Under the pieces are notes generated by a model that saw only the letters and a list, made by a program, of their open reading frames with translations, was not told where the DNA came from and did no database searches. From a virus (Duplodnaviria > Caudoviricetes), in the IMG/VR virus record IMGVR_UViG_3300025389_001063: a stretch of 64,000 bases of DNA. One strand, given 5' to 3'. Position numbers and translations under genes: made by a program. The stretch's first letter is position 1. Every line of letters starts with the position of its first letter. Of the stretch, positions 36,267-45,320 are shown piece after piece.

Positions 36267-36531
36267 TCTTGTAAAGAAATTACGATCATATCCATCTTCC
36301 ACTTGTAAGGATGCGGATATCTATGCTGCTGCTGACAGGATTGAGGAACTAGAGGCTTCTATTGATAAAAACGACGAATGGGCAAAGTGGTTCATTGAGA
36401 AAACTGACACCCGTATTGCGGAACTAGAGGCGGCGTTACAGCCGTTTGCTGAACTAGGCGATAACTTCTCTGATAGCGAAGTGATGGAAAGCATACGCCA
36501 TGCCCGTAAGGTAATAGGAGAGAAAGAATGA
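36259..36531 (+). CDS. hypothetical protein
   Basis: MSDLVKKLR...AADRIEELEA phage pattern. Confidence 0.6.
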   Translation: MSDLVKKLRSYPSSTCKDADIYAAADRIEELEASIDKNDEWAKWFIEKTDTRIAELEAALQPFAELGDNFSDSEVMESIRHARKVIGEKE

Positions 36532-36857
36532 CTAAAGTTCTTTATAATACTCACTGGGGTATATACAGCATTCCACTTGAAGTTCTAAAAAGATATAATG
36601 AACTTACTGGAATTGATCATGATGTTCTCCTTACCTTTTCGGACGAGATTCCTCGTCACGATCCTTTGCTTGTTCAAGCCTTTGAAGAGTATCTTGCTGA
36701 AGAAAAGAACTTAAACAATACAGACGTTCGCATTACAGAAATTCGAGGTAATCGTTATAGAATACAAGAATATGATGGCAACGAAAGCGTAATCGAGCCT
36801 GAAGATGAGGTCTGGATAGAAGTGAATGAAGGTGGTCATGAATCTATACTCAATTAA
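36528..36857 (+). CDS. conserved phage hypothetical protein
   Basis: PRHDPLLVQ...Y.I.EYDG.ES family motif. Confidence 0.65.
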   Translation: MTKVLYNTHWGIYSIPLEVLKRYNELTGIDHDVLLTFSDEIPRHDPLLVQAFEEYLAEEKNLNNTDVRITEIRGNRYRIQEYDGNESVIEPEDEVWIEVNEGGHESILN

Positions 36858-36986
36858 ATGGCGAACACATCCATATCATCCAATTAAGAGACCAGCACCA
36901 CTGTTGTGTCGACATTATACAGCCTTTATTATCTATCCAAATTATTCTTATTTGATCAAGCGAGTAAACAGCAGGAGACCGAAGAG

Positions 36987-37313
36987 ATGACCACTTGGAA
37001 TGATATTGAAAGAGTTCGCTGCTTAGATGAACTTTGTGAGAAGTTGGGCTTCACATATCAACCCGATGGGTATGGCACCAGTCATATCTTGCTTAATGCT
37101 ACCGATGAGTTAGTTGTCTATGCTAAACACATAAGTCTCTATCGTGGTAATGTAGAAGATATGATTAACTTCCTTAAAGGTTGGGAGCAGGCACATCTGT
37201 ATCTCAATATTCTAGGTGCTATTAATGAAAAGAGGATCGAACGGTCAAAGTTAGACTATCGCAATAAGCATTTGGTTAAAATCATTAAAGGAAAAGATGA
37301 CATACTCTGTTGA
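36987..37313 (+). CDS. hypothetical protein
   Basis: AGGAG RBS before MTTWND. Confidence 0.6.
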   Translation: MTTWNDIERVRCLDELCEKLGFTYQPDGYGTSHILLNATDELVVYAKHISLYRGNVEDMINFLKGWEQAHLYLNILGAINEKRIERSKLDYRNKHLVKIIKGKDDILC

Positions 37314-37545
37314 AGTAGAACATTACGATAAACAACTTGGTAAATGTCTTAACTATCTACGACTAAATGGAAAGAATCCACAACCAGCAATATCAGGTTT
37401 ATCATATTATGATAAATTAATCTCACAGATGGAACAGGAAATGGATATTAAAGTTCATTGGTTAGATGGCGAGGCTCGTGTTTGGTATAAATTAGAATTT
37501 GAAAATGAAAATAAATTCTTATTATGGTTGATGAGGTTCTCATGA
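37297..37545 (+). CDS. hypothetical protein, F/L-x-L-K-W family
   Basis: FENENKFLLWLMRFS. Confidence 0.55.
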   Translation: MTYSVEVEHYDKQLGKCLNYLRLNGKNPQPAISGLSYYDKLISQMEQEMDIKVHWLDGEARVWYKLEFENENKFLLWLMRFS

Positions 37546-37760
37546 ATTCTCCGCAGACTAAGTATCTCTGGCACGATGGTGCTAAAAGATATTACATTAA
37601 AGATCCCGTTGACGGCGGTCGCGTCTTGAGAAATGATTCACGAGACAAAATCTTTGCGTGGTGTAAGCAACATTGTAATGGTGATTACTGGATTGGCATG
37701 GGCTTTGGCATGTTTGAATTAGATAGCGATGCTGCTCTATTTTTGTTGAGGTGGTCGTGA
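37542..37760 (+). CDS. hypothetical protein, F/L-x-L-K-W family
   Basis: FELDSDAALFLLRWS. Confidence 0.6.
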   Translation: MNSPQTKYLWHDGAKRYYIKDPVDGGRVLRNDSRDKIFAWCKQHCNGDYWIGMGFGMFELDSDAALFLLRWS

Positions 37761-38264
37761 TTAGTCGTTGTAACCTTTAGAAACTTTACGCTGACCTTTG
37801 TATGCCTTCATTCCTTTAATAGGTATATTCAATTTACCAGCAAGTTCAATAATGCTTGGTGGTATCTTATCTTGTGGAATATCTGGATTAATTTCAATAT
37901 GACTTATGAAAGGTTGTTTGAGAGGAATCGGAACTAGAACTTCTTCTTCCTTTTCTGGATCCTTACCTTTAGGAGTGCCTTTATAATAAGGGGACCAACC
38001 AAATAGTTGTACTTTTATACCTGCTCTTCTTAGGGCATCACGATCTATAGCAAATTGAGCAGCACCTTCATAATTTGGGAAGCGATAGAATTGATCGCGA
38101 GTTAGACTAATAACAGGATTAGTTCTACCCATCTCAGAACCATGTGTGGCTACACGAGGGAGGATCTTACCACTTTGTAAGATCTTTTCTAATATAGAAA
38201 AACTGTATACACTGTGGTATAAGAGGTTGGCTCCAACGGCTTCGACGAGTTCTGAAATCTTCAT
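37761..38264 (-). CDS. late hypothetical protein (possibly virion-associated)
   Basis: MKISELVE N-terminus; LYH...ISLTRD...EEEV; TAAATA 5 nt upstream. Confidence 0.6.
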   Translation of the reverse strand: MKISELVEAVGANLLYHSVYSFSILEKILQSGKILPRVATHGSEMGRTNPVISLTRDQFYRFPNYEGAAQFAIDRDALRRAGIKVQLFGWSPYYKGTPKGKDPEKEEEVLVPIPLKQPFISHIEINPDIPQDKIPPSIIELAGKLNIPIKGMKAYKGQRKVSKGYND

Positions 38265-38272
38265 ACTATTAT

Positions 38273-38557
38273 TTACAGGATTACGTCTATGATTACGTCC
38301 TTAACTACTTCTTCTGCGATCTCGACGCCTTCTTTCTCTAACTCTGCTTCAACTTCTTTAATAAGTTTTTTACTCTTTTTCTTTAATCTACAAAATCCAC
38401 GCACTACTGATTCAAATAGTGGTTTTGCTACAGTTGGTGCTACTACTGAAGCAACACCTACAACTATGCCTGGAAGAAGTGCTGCTTCTACAACGGCTGC
38501 TCCAACTGCTATTACTGCTACCGAAGTAACTGTTGACTGAATATGTTCTTGCTTCAT
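38273..38557 (-). CDS. DUF5132-like small membrane protein
   Basis: GAAVVEAALLPGIVVGVA..VAP...PLF.S.VRG; GGAG RBS before MKQEH. Confidence 0.5.
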   Translation of the reverse strand: MKQEHIQSTVTSVAVIAVGAAVVEAALLPGIVVGVASVVAPTVAKPLFESVVRGFCRLKKKSKKLIKEVEAELEKEGVEIAEEVVKDVIIDVIL

Positions 38558-38630
38558 TTCGATTCTCCACGTATATTTAACAAGAAATAACCCGCTATAT
38601 CTTAAAATACCAGTTAATAAATAGAAGAAC

Positions 38631-39374
38631 ATGACACAGAGAAACAGAAAAGAATATAGATCAATCTTTATCTCAGATGTACATTTAGGTACAAAATACG
38701 CCAACGCCGAATTACTCCTAGAATTTCTAAAAGATACAAGAGCCGAAAGATACTATCTAATCGGTGATATTATTGATGGTTGGTCTATGAAGAAGAAAGT
38801 GTACTGGCCACAAGCACATAATAACATAGTACAATACTTTCTAAAACTATCCAAAAACGATCACAAGGTTTTTTACATAACAGGTAATCACGATGAGTTC
38901 TTAAGAGAATACGGTGGAACCACAATGGGAAATATTCATCTTGTAAATGAATGTATCCATCACGGTGAGAATGGAAAAAGATATCTAGTTATCCATGGTG
39001 ACCAATTTGATCTTGTTACCACTAACGCTAAATGGTTAGTTCATATCGGCAGTTGGGCATATGATTGTATGATTGAACTTAATACAAAATTACAATGGCT
39101 TTATAGAACTTTGGATATTAAAGGTTTCTCATTAAGTGCTTGGGCAAAGCATAGTGTTAAAGAAGCAGTAAACTTTATTGGTGATTACGAAGATGTTGTT
39201 TCAGACTATGCTGCTAAAAAATGTGTTGACGGAGTTATATGTGGTCACATACATTTTTGTAATATCAAAGAGATGAACGGCATACAATATATGAATACAG
39301 GTGACTGGGTAGAATCATGTACTGCTATAGTTGAACATCACAATGGAAAGTTTGAGTTGTTGAGGTTCTTATGA
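38631..39374 (+). CDS. plcP: PlcP-type metallophosphoesterase (LpxH2/phospholipase C family)
   Basis: YRSIFISDVHLG, GDIIDGW, GNHDE (His rather than the LpxH Arg), IHGD.FD, CGHIH, N.GDWVES; adjacent to GT4. Confidence 0.75.
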   Translation: MTQRNRKEYRSIFISDVHLGTKYANAELLLEFLKDTRAERYYLIGDIIDGWSMKKKVYWPQAHNNIVQYFLKLSKNDHKVFYITGNHDEFLREYGGTTMGNIHLVNECIHHGENGKRYLVIHGDQFDLVTTNAKWLVHIGSWAYDCMIELNTKLQWLYRTLDIKGFSLSAWAKHSVKEAVNFIGDYEDVVSDYAAKKCVDGVICGHIHFCNIKEMNGIQYMNTGDWVESCTAIVEHHNGKFELLRFL

Positions 39375-40087
39375 GTAATTTAGAAAAAAATTATCGCAAG
39401 ATTTATGAAAATCATCATGGTTCTATCCCAAAAGGCTATCATATTCATCACAAGGATGGAAATCATCTAAACAATCATATAGATAACTTACAATGCGTAT
39501 CAGTACAAGATCATTTTAATATTCATTTCTCTCAAGGAGACTGGGGTGCTTGTTATGCTTTATTCAAAACAGGGCATATGACATTAACTCCAGAGCAGAG
39601 ATCAGATATTGCTAGTCGCCGCGAAAAGAAAAAAGTAGAAGATAAAGAACATATTTTTCTTAATCCAGAATTTGTTGCTATGGTTGCCGAAATAAATAGC
39701 AAAAGATTACAAGAATTAGCAAAAGAAGGTAAACATCCGGCACAATTAGAAAAAAATAGAAAAAAGTTATCCGAAAGAAATTCAAAAACACAAAGCGACT
39801 TATCTAAAAAAGGAAAACACGTTTTCCAAAAAAAGGAACATCGTGAAAAACTTTCTAAAATAGTTAGCGAATCTAATAAAAGACGAGCAACTGGAACTAA
39901 CTGGTGGAATAATGGACAGAAAAATAAACAATCAAAGGAATGTCCAGGCAATGGTTGGACCATTGGGAGGTTAGAGGTTAGTGGCTCTAAAGGATTCAAA
40001 TGGTGGAATAATGGAATTAATAATGTTTTTACAAAAACTTTCCCAGGCAATGACTGGGTATCAGGAAGAATAAAAGAGGATAAATGA
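39371..40087 (+). mobile_element. free-standing HNH homing endonuclease with two WWNNG repeats
   Basis: HIHHKDGNHLNNHIDNL...H...H; inserted between plcP and the GT4 gene with 4-nt overlaps. Confidence 0.85.
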
Positions 40088-41091
40088 TGAAAATTGTTAT
40101 TTTTTCAGATGCTTCGAGTAAGAATCAAATAAATGGCGTAAAATATACAATTGAACAAACTAAAAAATGTCTTGAATTAAGAGGTTATACTGTTACAATA
40201 ATTGGACCAGATGACTATAAGGTTACAGTTCCTCTTCAACCTTCAACTGGTATCTATATGCCAATATTTCCTCTTGGTCTTGTTGAAGATGCACTCGAGG
40301 ACGCAGATTATATTCATATAGCGACGGAGGGATCAATTGGACTTGCTGCCAGATACGCCTGTAAAAAACAAAAAAAGAAATATACTACAAGTTTTCATAC
40401 TAAATTTCCAGACTACCTTTATGAACATGCTTATATTCCACCCAGAGTTACTGGTCGGTATTTTCGTTGGTTTCATCGAAACAGCAGTTCTGTTCTCGTT
40501 ACAAACGCCGCCATGGTTAACTATTGTTCTAAACTGGGCATCAAACACCTAACAATCTGGTCAAGGGGTGTTGATACAAATCTATTCAAACCAGATCCTA
40601 ATTTTAAGAGACAAGGATCTGCTATTCGTGCTGTCTACGTTGGTAGAGTTAGTGCCGAAAAGAATCTAGAAGCATTTCTCAAAATAGAAAATCCTAATAT
40701 CATAAAATATGTCATTGGTGACGGACCACAATTAGATTCCTATAAAGTATTATATCCTGATGCTTTTTTTCTTGGTAAGAAGACACATGAAGAAATTGCT
40801 AAATTATTACAAACAATGGATGTCTTTGCTTGGCCTTCGCTAACGGATACATTTGGACTTGTTGTATTGGAGGCTATGGCTTGTGGATTACCTGTTGCTG
40901 GATTCGATAATGAAGTTAATCGTTACCTTATTGAAGATGGTATTTCTGGATCATTAATGAAATTTGATCTTGAAGAAGGTATATTAGCATCTTTTCAATG
41001 CTTGAAGAAAGAAGATGCTATCGCTCGTGCCCAAAAGTTTTCCTGGGACGCAGCAACAGATCAATTTGTTGACAATCTAGTTAAGTCTTGA
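40084..41091 (+). CDS. GT4 glycosyltransferase, Agt/MGDG-glucuronosyl-DAG synthase-like
   Basis: QINGV, IHIATEG.IG, TTSFHTKFP.Y, WSRGVD..LF, YVGRVS.EKN, VGDGP-like, PS.TDTFGLV.LEAMACGLPV. Confidence 0.85.
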   Translation: MMKIVIFSDASSKNQINGVKYTIEQTKKCLELRGYTVTIIGPDDYKVTVPLQPSTGIYMPIFPLGLVEDALEDADYIHIATEGSIGLAARYACKKQKKKYTTSFHTKFPDYLYEHAYIPPRVTGRYFRWFHRNSSSVLVTNAAMVNYCSKLGIKHLTIWSRGVDTNLFKPDPNFKRQGSAIRAVYVGRVSAEKNLEAFLKIENPNIIKYVIGDGPQLDSYKVLYPDAFFLGKKTHEEIAKLLQTMDVFAWPSLTDTFGLVVLEAMACGLPVAGFDNEVNRYLIEDGISGSLMKFDLEEGILASFQCLKKEDAIARAQKFSWDAATDQFVDNLVKS

Positions 41092-41121
41092 CATAGTTCT
41101 TAAAGGTGTTATTATAACACT

Positions 41122-41751
41122 ATGAGATATCAGTTTCCAAAGATTGAGCATATTAACGATGTGCTACCCGCTATTCAGGACTCTCCCGAATTTATTGTGG
41201 CGGAGCGTGAATACTTCACTGTGATTAACTATTTGGTTTCACATCCGGAGACCTTTCCCGAAGTGGACGAATCTCCCGAATTAGAATATGATCTGATCGC
41301 AAAGCGTAACGCTATCCGTCGTGAATGCCGCGGACTTATCTTCTGTAAGACTACCGGTAAGATACTTCGGAGACCGTTTTCCAAATTCTTTAATATTGGA
41401 GAGCGAGACGAAACCCAACTTCATTTGTTAGACTTCACTGGTTCGCACGAGGTCTTTACCAAGGAAGACGGTTCTATGGTAACTCCATTTGAAGTTGGTT
41501 TTGGTTCCGGTGTAATCCGTTGGGCGACAAAGATGGGATTATCGGATGTGGCTCTGAACGCAGAAGTGTTTGTGGCAGAAAATCCAAAGTATCAAGAGTT
41601 TGCCAAATGGTGTATTGCCAATCGGCTAACTCCTATATTTGAATGGGTAAGCCGCAAGAATAGAATTGTTCTCGACTATCCCGAGGATAATCTTATTCTT
41701 CTTGCTGTTCGGCATATGGAGACGGGAGAATATCTTCCTTTGAAGGTATAG
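41122..41751 (+). CDS. rnlA: T4 Rnl1-like RNA ligase, N-terminal fragment
   Basis: ECRGLIF, KFFNIGE, motif I KEDGS, TPIFEW, LILLAVR; ends in TAG at 41749-41751. Confidence 0.85.
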   Translation: MRYQFPKIEHINDVLPAIQDSPEFIVAEREYFTVINYLVSHPETFPEVDESPELEYDLIAKRNAIRRECRGLIFCKTTGKILRRPFSKFFNIGERDETQLHLLDFTGSHEVFTKEDGSMVTPFEVGFGSGVIRWATKMGLSDVALNAEVFVAENPKYQEFAKWCIANRLTPIFEWVSRKNRIVLDYPEDNLILLAVRHMETGEYLPLKV

Positions 41752-42451
41752 ATCCTAAATACTTCTCTATTGATGCTAAAGACAAACAGGTTCTTCTTTT
41801 GATTAACTCTTTGTTTTTAGCATCATTAAATGTTTCTTCAGTAAGTTTATCATAATGTATATAAAACTTTTGTAAGAACTTAATACATCTACCTTTTATA
41901 AGATTTTTCTTTCGGTCCTCATTAAACTTTATACCTGTTTGACCTAATGAAATTTTGCGGCGATCTTCCTCTGTTCTTTTAGATCCTTTCCATAAGGACC
42001 GCAATTTAGAACGAGTTTCTTCGGAAACAATTCTACCTGTATTTCTTATTATTAGTGCTTCACGGACATGCTCAGGTCGAGGTTTTCCCTTATAACGATC
42101 TTTAGCCATACTCGCATGTTCTTCTTTAATTGCTGTATATAATTTTGAATTAAGTTTTGTAGGCCATCTATTACTCGTTGACATTCTTTTATACGCACAT
42201 AACATTCTATATTTCGGATCACCGATAACCATTCTTGTTAATAATAGATGACAAATATAATGTTCTCTACAAGTAAGAAGAACGAGATTATCTTTAGAAT
42301 TACTTCCTCCTAAAGATTTTGGAAAAATATGATGAGATTCTAAAGTGCCATCGAACTTTTTGGATCTATTTTCGGATTTGGCTTTCTCAATAATGGCAAG
42401 ATACCAATTTGTATATTTGTTTGTGAGAAAATATGTGCTATAAATATTCAT
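41693..42451 (-). mobile_element. HNH/NUMOD3 homing endonuclease inserted antisense into the RNA ligase gene
   Basis: NKYT.WY..II; HHIFPKSLGG.N..DNLV.LT.REH..CH.LL; NUMOD3-like repeats. Confidence 0.88.
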
Positions 42452-42518
42452 GCTGTTGCTCCTATAAAGCGATAGAGTAGTTGGGAACGCCAATTCCGTG
42501 AACTACACTCTTATTTAT
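42452..42518 (-). repeat. conserved structured 5' leader of HNH gene, copy 1
   Basis: 55/67 identical to 53452-53518; TAAATA, hairpin, RBS. Confidence 0.85.
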
Positions 42519-42576
42519 TCTCCTAACAGGTTGACTGCTTTAGATATGATGCTATTATACATTATAGGAGATTGTC

Positions 42577-43239
42577 ATGGACTTAATCAATCAACTTTTG
42601 GAACGCATTAAAACTTTGGACATCCCTGTTGTGGCAACACACGACCCTGTTGTTGATCCAAAGGCTTTTATGGATTATGTCCGCGACCTTAAGGATGCTG
42701 AAGGATTTGTTATTGCGTGGCCTTCCGGATACCGCGTAAAAACTAAAGCAGCAGATTACCTCCGCCTCCATAAAGTTAAGGACTCGCTCAGTCAGGAAAA
42801 GAATGTTATCGAAATGCTTATTAGCGAATCAATCGATGACGCTAAACCTTTCATGAGTGCCGAAGATCGTAAGAGAGTAGAGGAGTTTGAAGATGGATTT
42901 TGGCAGAATGTTGAATATTCTGCTAAAGAGTTTGAATCTTACTTTAATAGATTATCTATTGATCGTAAGACTTGGTCTCTAGAACATATGAAAGATATGA
43001 ACGCGAAGAATCCATTTTCTTCAAACATTGTGTTCAACTTGTACAATGGTAAAAGTGCTCTCGATACAATCATTGAGATCATTACTAAAAACTTATCAAC
43101 TCAAACTCAAGTAGATAAAGTCCGCTGCCTTTGGGGTGGACTTTATTGGAATTATTCCTTTGGTGAAGAACAACAAAAAGTTGCCTCTGGCTTCTTTGGC
43201 AAGTGGGCTGAACATAAACATGTGGAGCAATTACAATGA
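42577..43239 (+). CDS. rnlA: T4 Rnl1-like RNA ligase, C-terminal fragment
   Basis: motif IV EGFVI, motif V RVKTK..Y...H; own promoter TTGACT 42531 / TATTAT 42553 and GGAG RBS. Confidence 0.8.
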   Translation: MDLINQLLERIKTLDIPVVATHDPVVDPKAFMDYVRDLKDAEGFVIAWPSGYRVKTKAADYLRLHKVKDSLSQEKNVIEMLISESIDDAKPFMSAEDRKRVEEFEDGFWQNVEYSAKEFESYFNRLSIDRKTWSLEHMKDMNAKNPFSSNIVFNLYNGKSALDTIIEIITKNLSTQTQVDKVRCLWGGLYWNYSFGEEQQKVASGFFGKWAEHKHVEQLQ

Positions 43240-43253
43240 TGAAGGAGAATAGA

Positions 43254-43670
43254 ATGCGTAAGATACTTTTAACAACTGCTGTTATCGCAGCACTTGCTAT
43301 TCCTGCTGCAACACCTGCCGATGCTTGGTGGCGAGGTGGTGGTTGGGGTTATGGCGGCGGCTGGGGCGGCTACGGAATGGGTTACGGTGGTTGGGGTTAC
43401 GGAGGCTATGGAATGGGGATGATGGGCGCTGCTGCTGGTGGAGCATTACTTGGTGGTATCGTTGGTGGTGCTATTGCTGCTCAAGCTGCTCGTCCAGTTT
43501 ATGCTGCTCCTGCTCCAGTTTATGCTGCTCCTGCTCCGGTAGTAGTTGAACAACCTGCAACAGTAGTAGTTGAACAACCTGCCCCTGTAGTTGTTGTAAA
43601 ACGTAGATGTCAAATTATGCAAGAATGGGATGCATTAGAAGGCTATGTTTACAAAAAGGTATGTCTATGA
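43254..43670 (+). CDS. secreted Gly/Pro-rich protein with glycine zipper and Cys pair (Rhizobiales-type)
   Basis: signal peptide; GWGYGG repeats; GALLGGIVGGAIA; PVYAAPA x2; C...WD...GYV...C. Confidence 0.75.
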   Translation: MRKILLTTAVIAALAIPAATPADAWWRGGGWGYGGGWGGYGMGYGGWGYGGYGMGMMGAAAGGALLGGIVGGAIAAQAARPVYAAPAPVYAAPAPVVVEQPATVVVEQPAPVVVVKRRCQIMQEWDALEGYVYKKVCL

Positions 43671-43764
43671 TTACTGATATAATTTATGGAATGATATATC
43701 TAGGTGAGATTGTAGCAGTCTTCACTGTTATAATCTCAATCTACTCAATCTTTAAGGGAAACAA

Positions 43765-43908
43765 ATGAGTGCATGGCTTATAGCAGTAACGGGAACAATC
43801 TATGCCGTAGTGGCAATTGAACAATTTTTAAAAGGCAATATGTCTATGACTATAGTTTATAGTGGATATGCCTTTAGCAATATTGGACTTTATCTTCTGG
43901 CTAAGTAG
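43765..43908 (+). CDS. small conserved membrane protein (47 aa, not in track)
   Basis: MSAWLIAVTGTIYAVVAIEQF.KG...Y.GYAFSNIGL. Confidence 0.6.
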   Translation: MSAWLIAVTGTIYAVVAIEQFLKGNMSMTIVYSGYAFSNIGLYLLAK

Positions 43909-43956
43909 TTGACACAGTTATTACAAGTGTTATTATATACTACAGGAGACAGACAG

Positions 43957-44397
43957 ATGACTAAGGTAATTGTGTTCGATATTGACGGAACATTAGCCGA
44001 TATGGAACACCGTAGACAATGGTTTGACGGTGGAAAAAAGAACTGGAATGCGTTCTTTGCTGCTCAGCATTTGGATCCAACACACGAAGATATTGTTTGG
44101 ATGCTGAATCAGTTTCACCAGAGTGGTAATACAATTCTTATCTGTACTGGACGTAACGAAGGACACAGAGAAATATCTGAAGAGTGGTTAACAAAGAACA
44201 ACATCGAGTACGATAAGATGTATATGCGTCCACTTAACGATTTCCGTCAAGATGGCGTTGTTAAAGTTGATCTGTTAGCAAAAATCCGAGAAGAATACGG
44301 TGAACCTTGGTTGTGGATTGATGATCGCAAACAGGTTGTGGATGCTATTCGTGCTGAAGGAGTTCGTGTTCTTCAAGTTTGTGAGGGCGATTATTAA
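43957..44397 (+). CDS. HAD-family polynucleotide 3'-phosphatase (PNKP phosphatase domain)
   Basis: DIDGTLAD, ICTGR, MR...D.R.D..VK, IDDRKQVV. Confidence 0.85.
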   Translation: MTKVIVFDIDGTLADMEHRRQWFDGGKKNWNAFFAAQHLDPTHEDIVWMLNQFHQSGNTILICTGRNEGHREISEEWLTKNNIEYDKMYMRPLNDFRQDGVVKVDLLAKIREEYGEPWLWIDDRKQVVDAIRAEGVRVLQVCEGDY

Positions 44398-44430
44398 AGT
44401 AGCATATATAGAACTTGTCAGGAGAAAACT

Positions 44431-44796
44431 ATGAACAAGTTCTTAATTGCTGCCTTAATCGCCTTTACACCATATAATGCCTTTGCTAAATCTGTAGTAG
44501 AAAAAGAATTCAAACCAGATCCAGGATGTGTTACTAAGGAAGTAGCAGATAATGTTATTAATAATGGTGGTTATGAACTTCTTGTTAGAGGTATAGATCC
44601 TCAAAAGAAGATTATAGAGTTTTGGTTCAGTGGTGCTAAACAAATGGTTATGCTCACATACGAACTACCTAAGGATGCTAAACCAGAATCAATAAAGCAA
44701 GTCTGCGTTGTAGGTTATGGTGAAAACATAGTGTTTAATGGAGATACAGTAGATCTTCTAAAGAAGGCCCTAGATAAAGTAAGCCCAAAGACATAA
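44431..44796 (+). CDS. secreted protein
   Basis: signal peptide; Cys pair; AGGAG RBS. Confidence 0.6.
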   Translation: MNKFLIAALIAFTPYNAFAKSVVEKEFKPDPGCVTKEVADNVINNGGYELLVRGIDPQKKIIEFWFSGAKQMVMLTYELPKDAKPESIKQVCVVGYGENIVFNGDTVDLLKKALDKVSPKT

Positions 44797-44839
44797 GTAT
44801 ATTTGGTTTCCTATTTGGACTTCTACACATGGAGGAATC

Positions 44840-45064
44840 ATGTTAAATCCTAACGTCGGTGAATACTCATTGGCTACTGATCCAATGAAATATAATTTGA
44901 GATTTGCGTTTGTTTACGAAAATAATACAATTGGTCTTAGAAAAAATAACTTATCACAAAGACATAACGAACTAACTGAAGAAGAACGAAAAGAACTTTC
45001 TAATTTAATAATTATAGAAGATTACCTCCAAAAAAGAATAAAAGAATTAAAAGAAATAACATGA
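44840..45064 (+). CDS. hypothetical protein
   Basis: GGAGG RBS. Confidence 0.55.
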   Translation: MLNPNVGEYSLATDPMKYNLRFAFVYENNTIGLRKNNLSQRHNELTEEERKELSNLIIIEDYLQKRIKELKEIT

Positions 45065-45282
45065 GTGAAGAATGGTTATATCAGGCAACTAGTACTCAAG
45101 CCGAATTAGATATTGCTCGTAGAAAAATAGAACTCCTCGAGCAATTCTATCGTAATATTGTTGAATTAACAATTAATCATGACTTTATAGAAAGTAAAGA
45201 CGGACACGACTATGCAAGTGTTAGTCCTCAAAAATTAGGGGACTTACTTGCAAAGGTTGATCCTGAATGGTTTAAACACTAA
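45061..45282 (+). CDS. hypothetical protein
   Basis: coupled ORF. Confidence 0.55.
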   Translation: MSEEWLYQATSTQAELDIARRKIELLEQFYRNIVELTINHDFIESKDGHDYASVSPQKLGDLLAKVDPEWFKH

Positions 45283-45320
45283 TATAATTTGCTTCATTGC
45301 GCCGGTTAAATATCCTTACC

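Noticed and set aside
38631-39374. LpxH lipid A biosynthesis enzyme
   Set aside because: GNHD instead of GNRD, plus linkage to an Agt-like GT4, fits PlcP/LpxH2 better.
41751-42577. Group I intron interrupting the RNA ligase
   Set aside because: The HNH gene is antisense, the remaining ~125 nt is taken up by its leader and a new promoter/RBS, and no P3-P7 core is recognisable.
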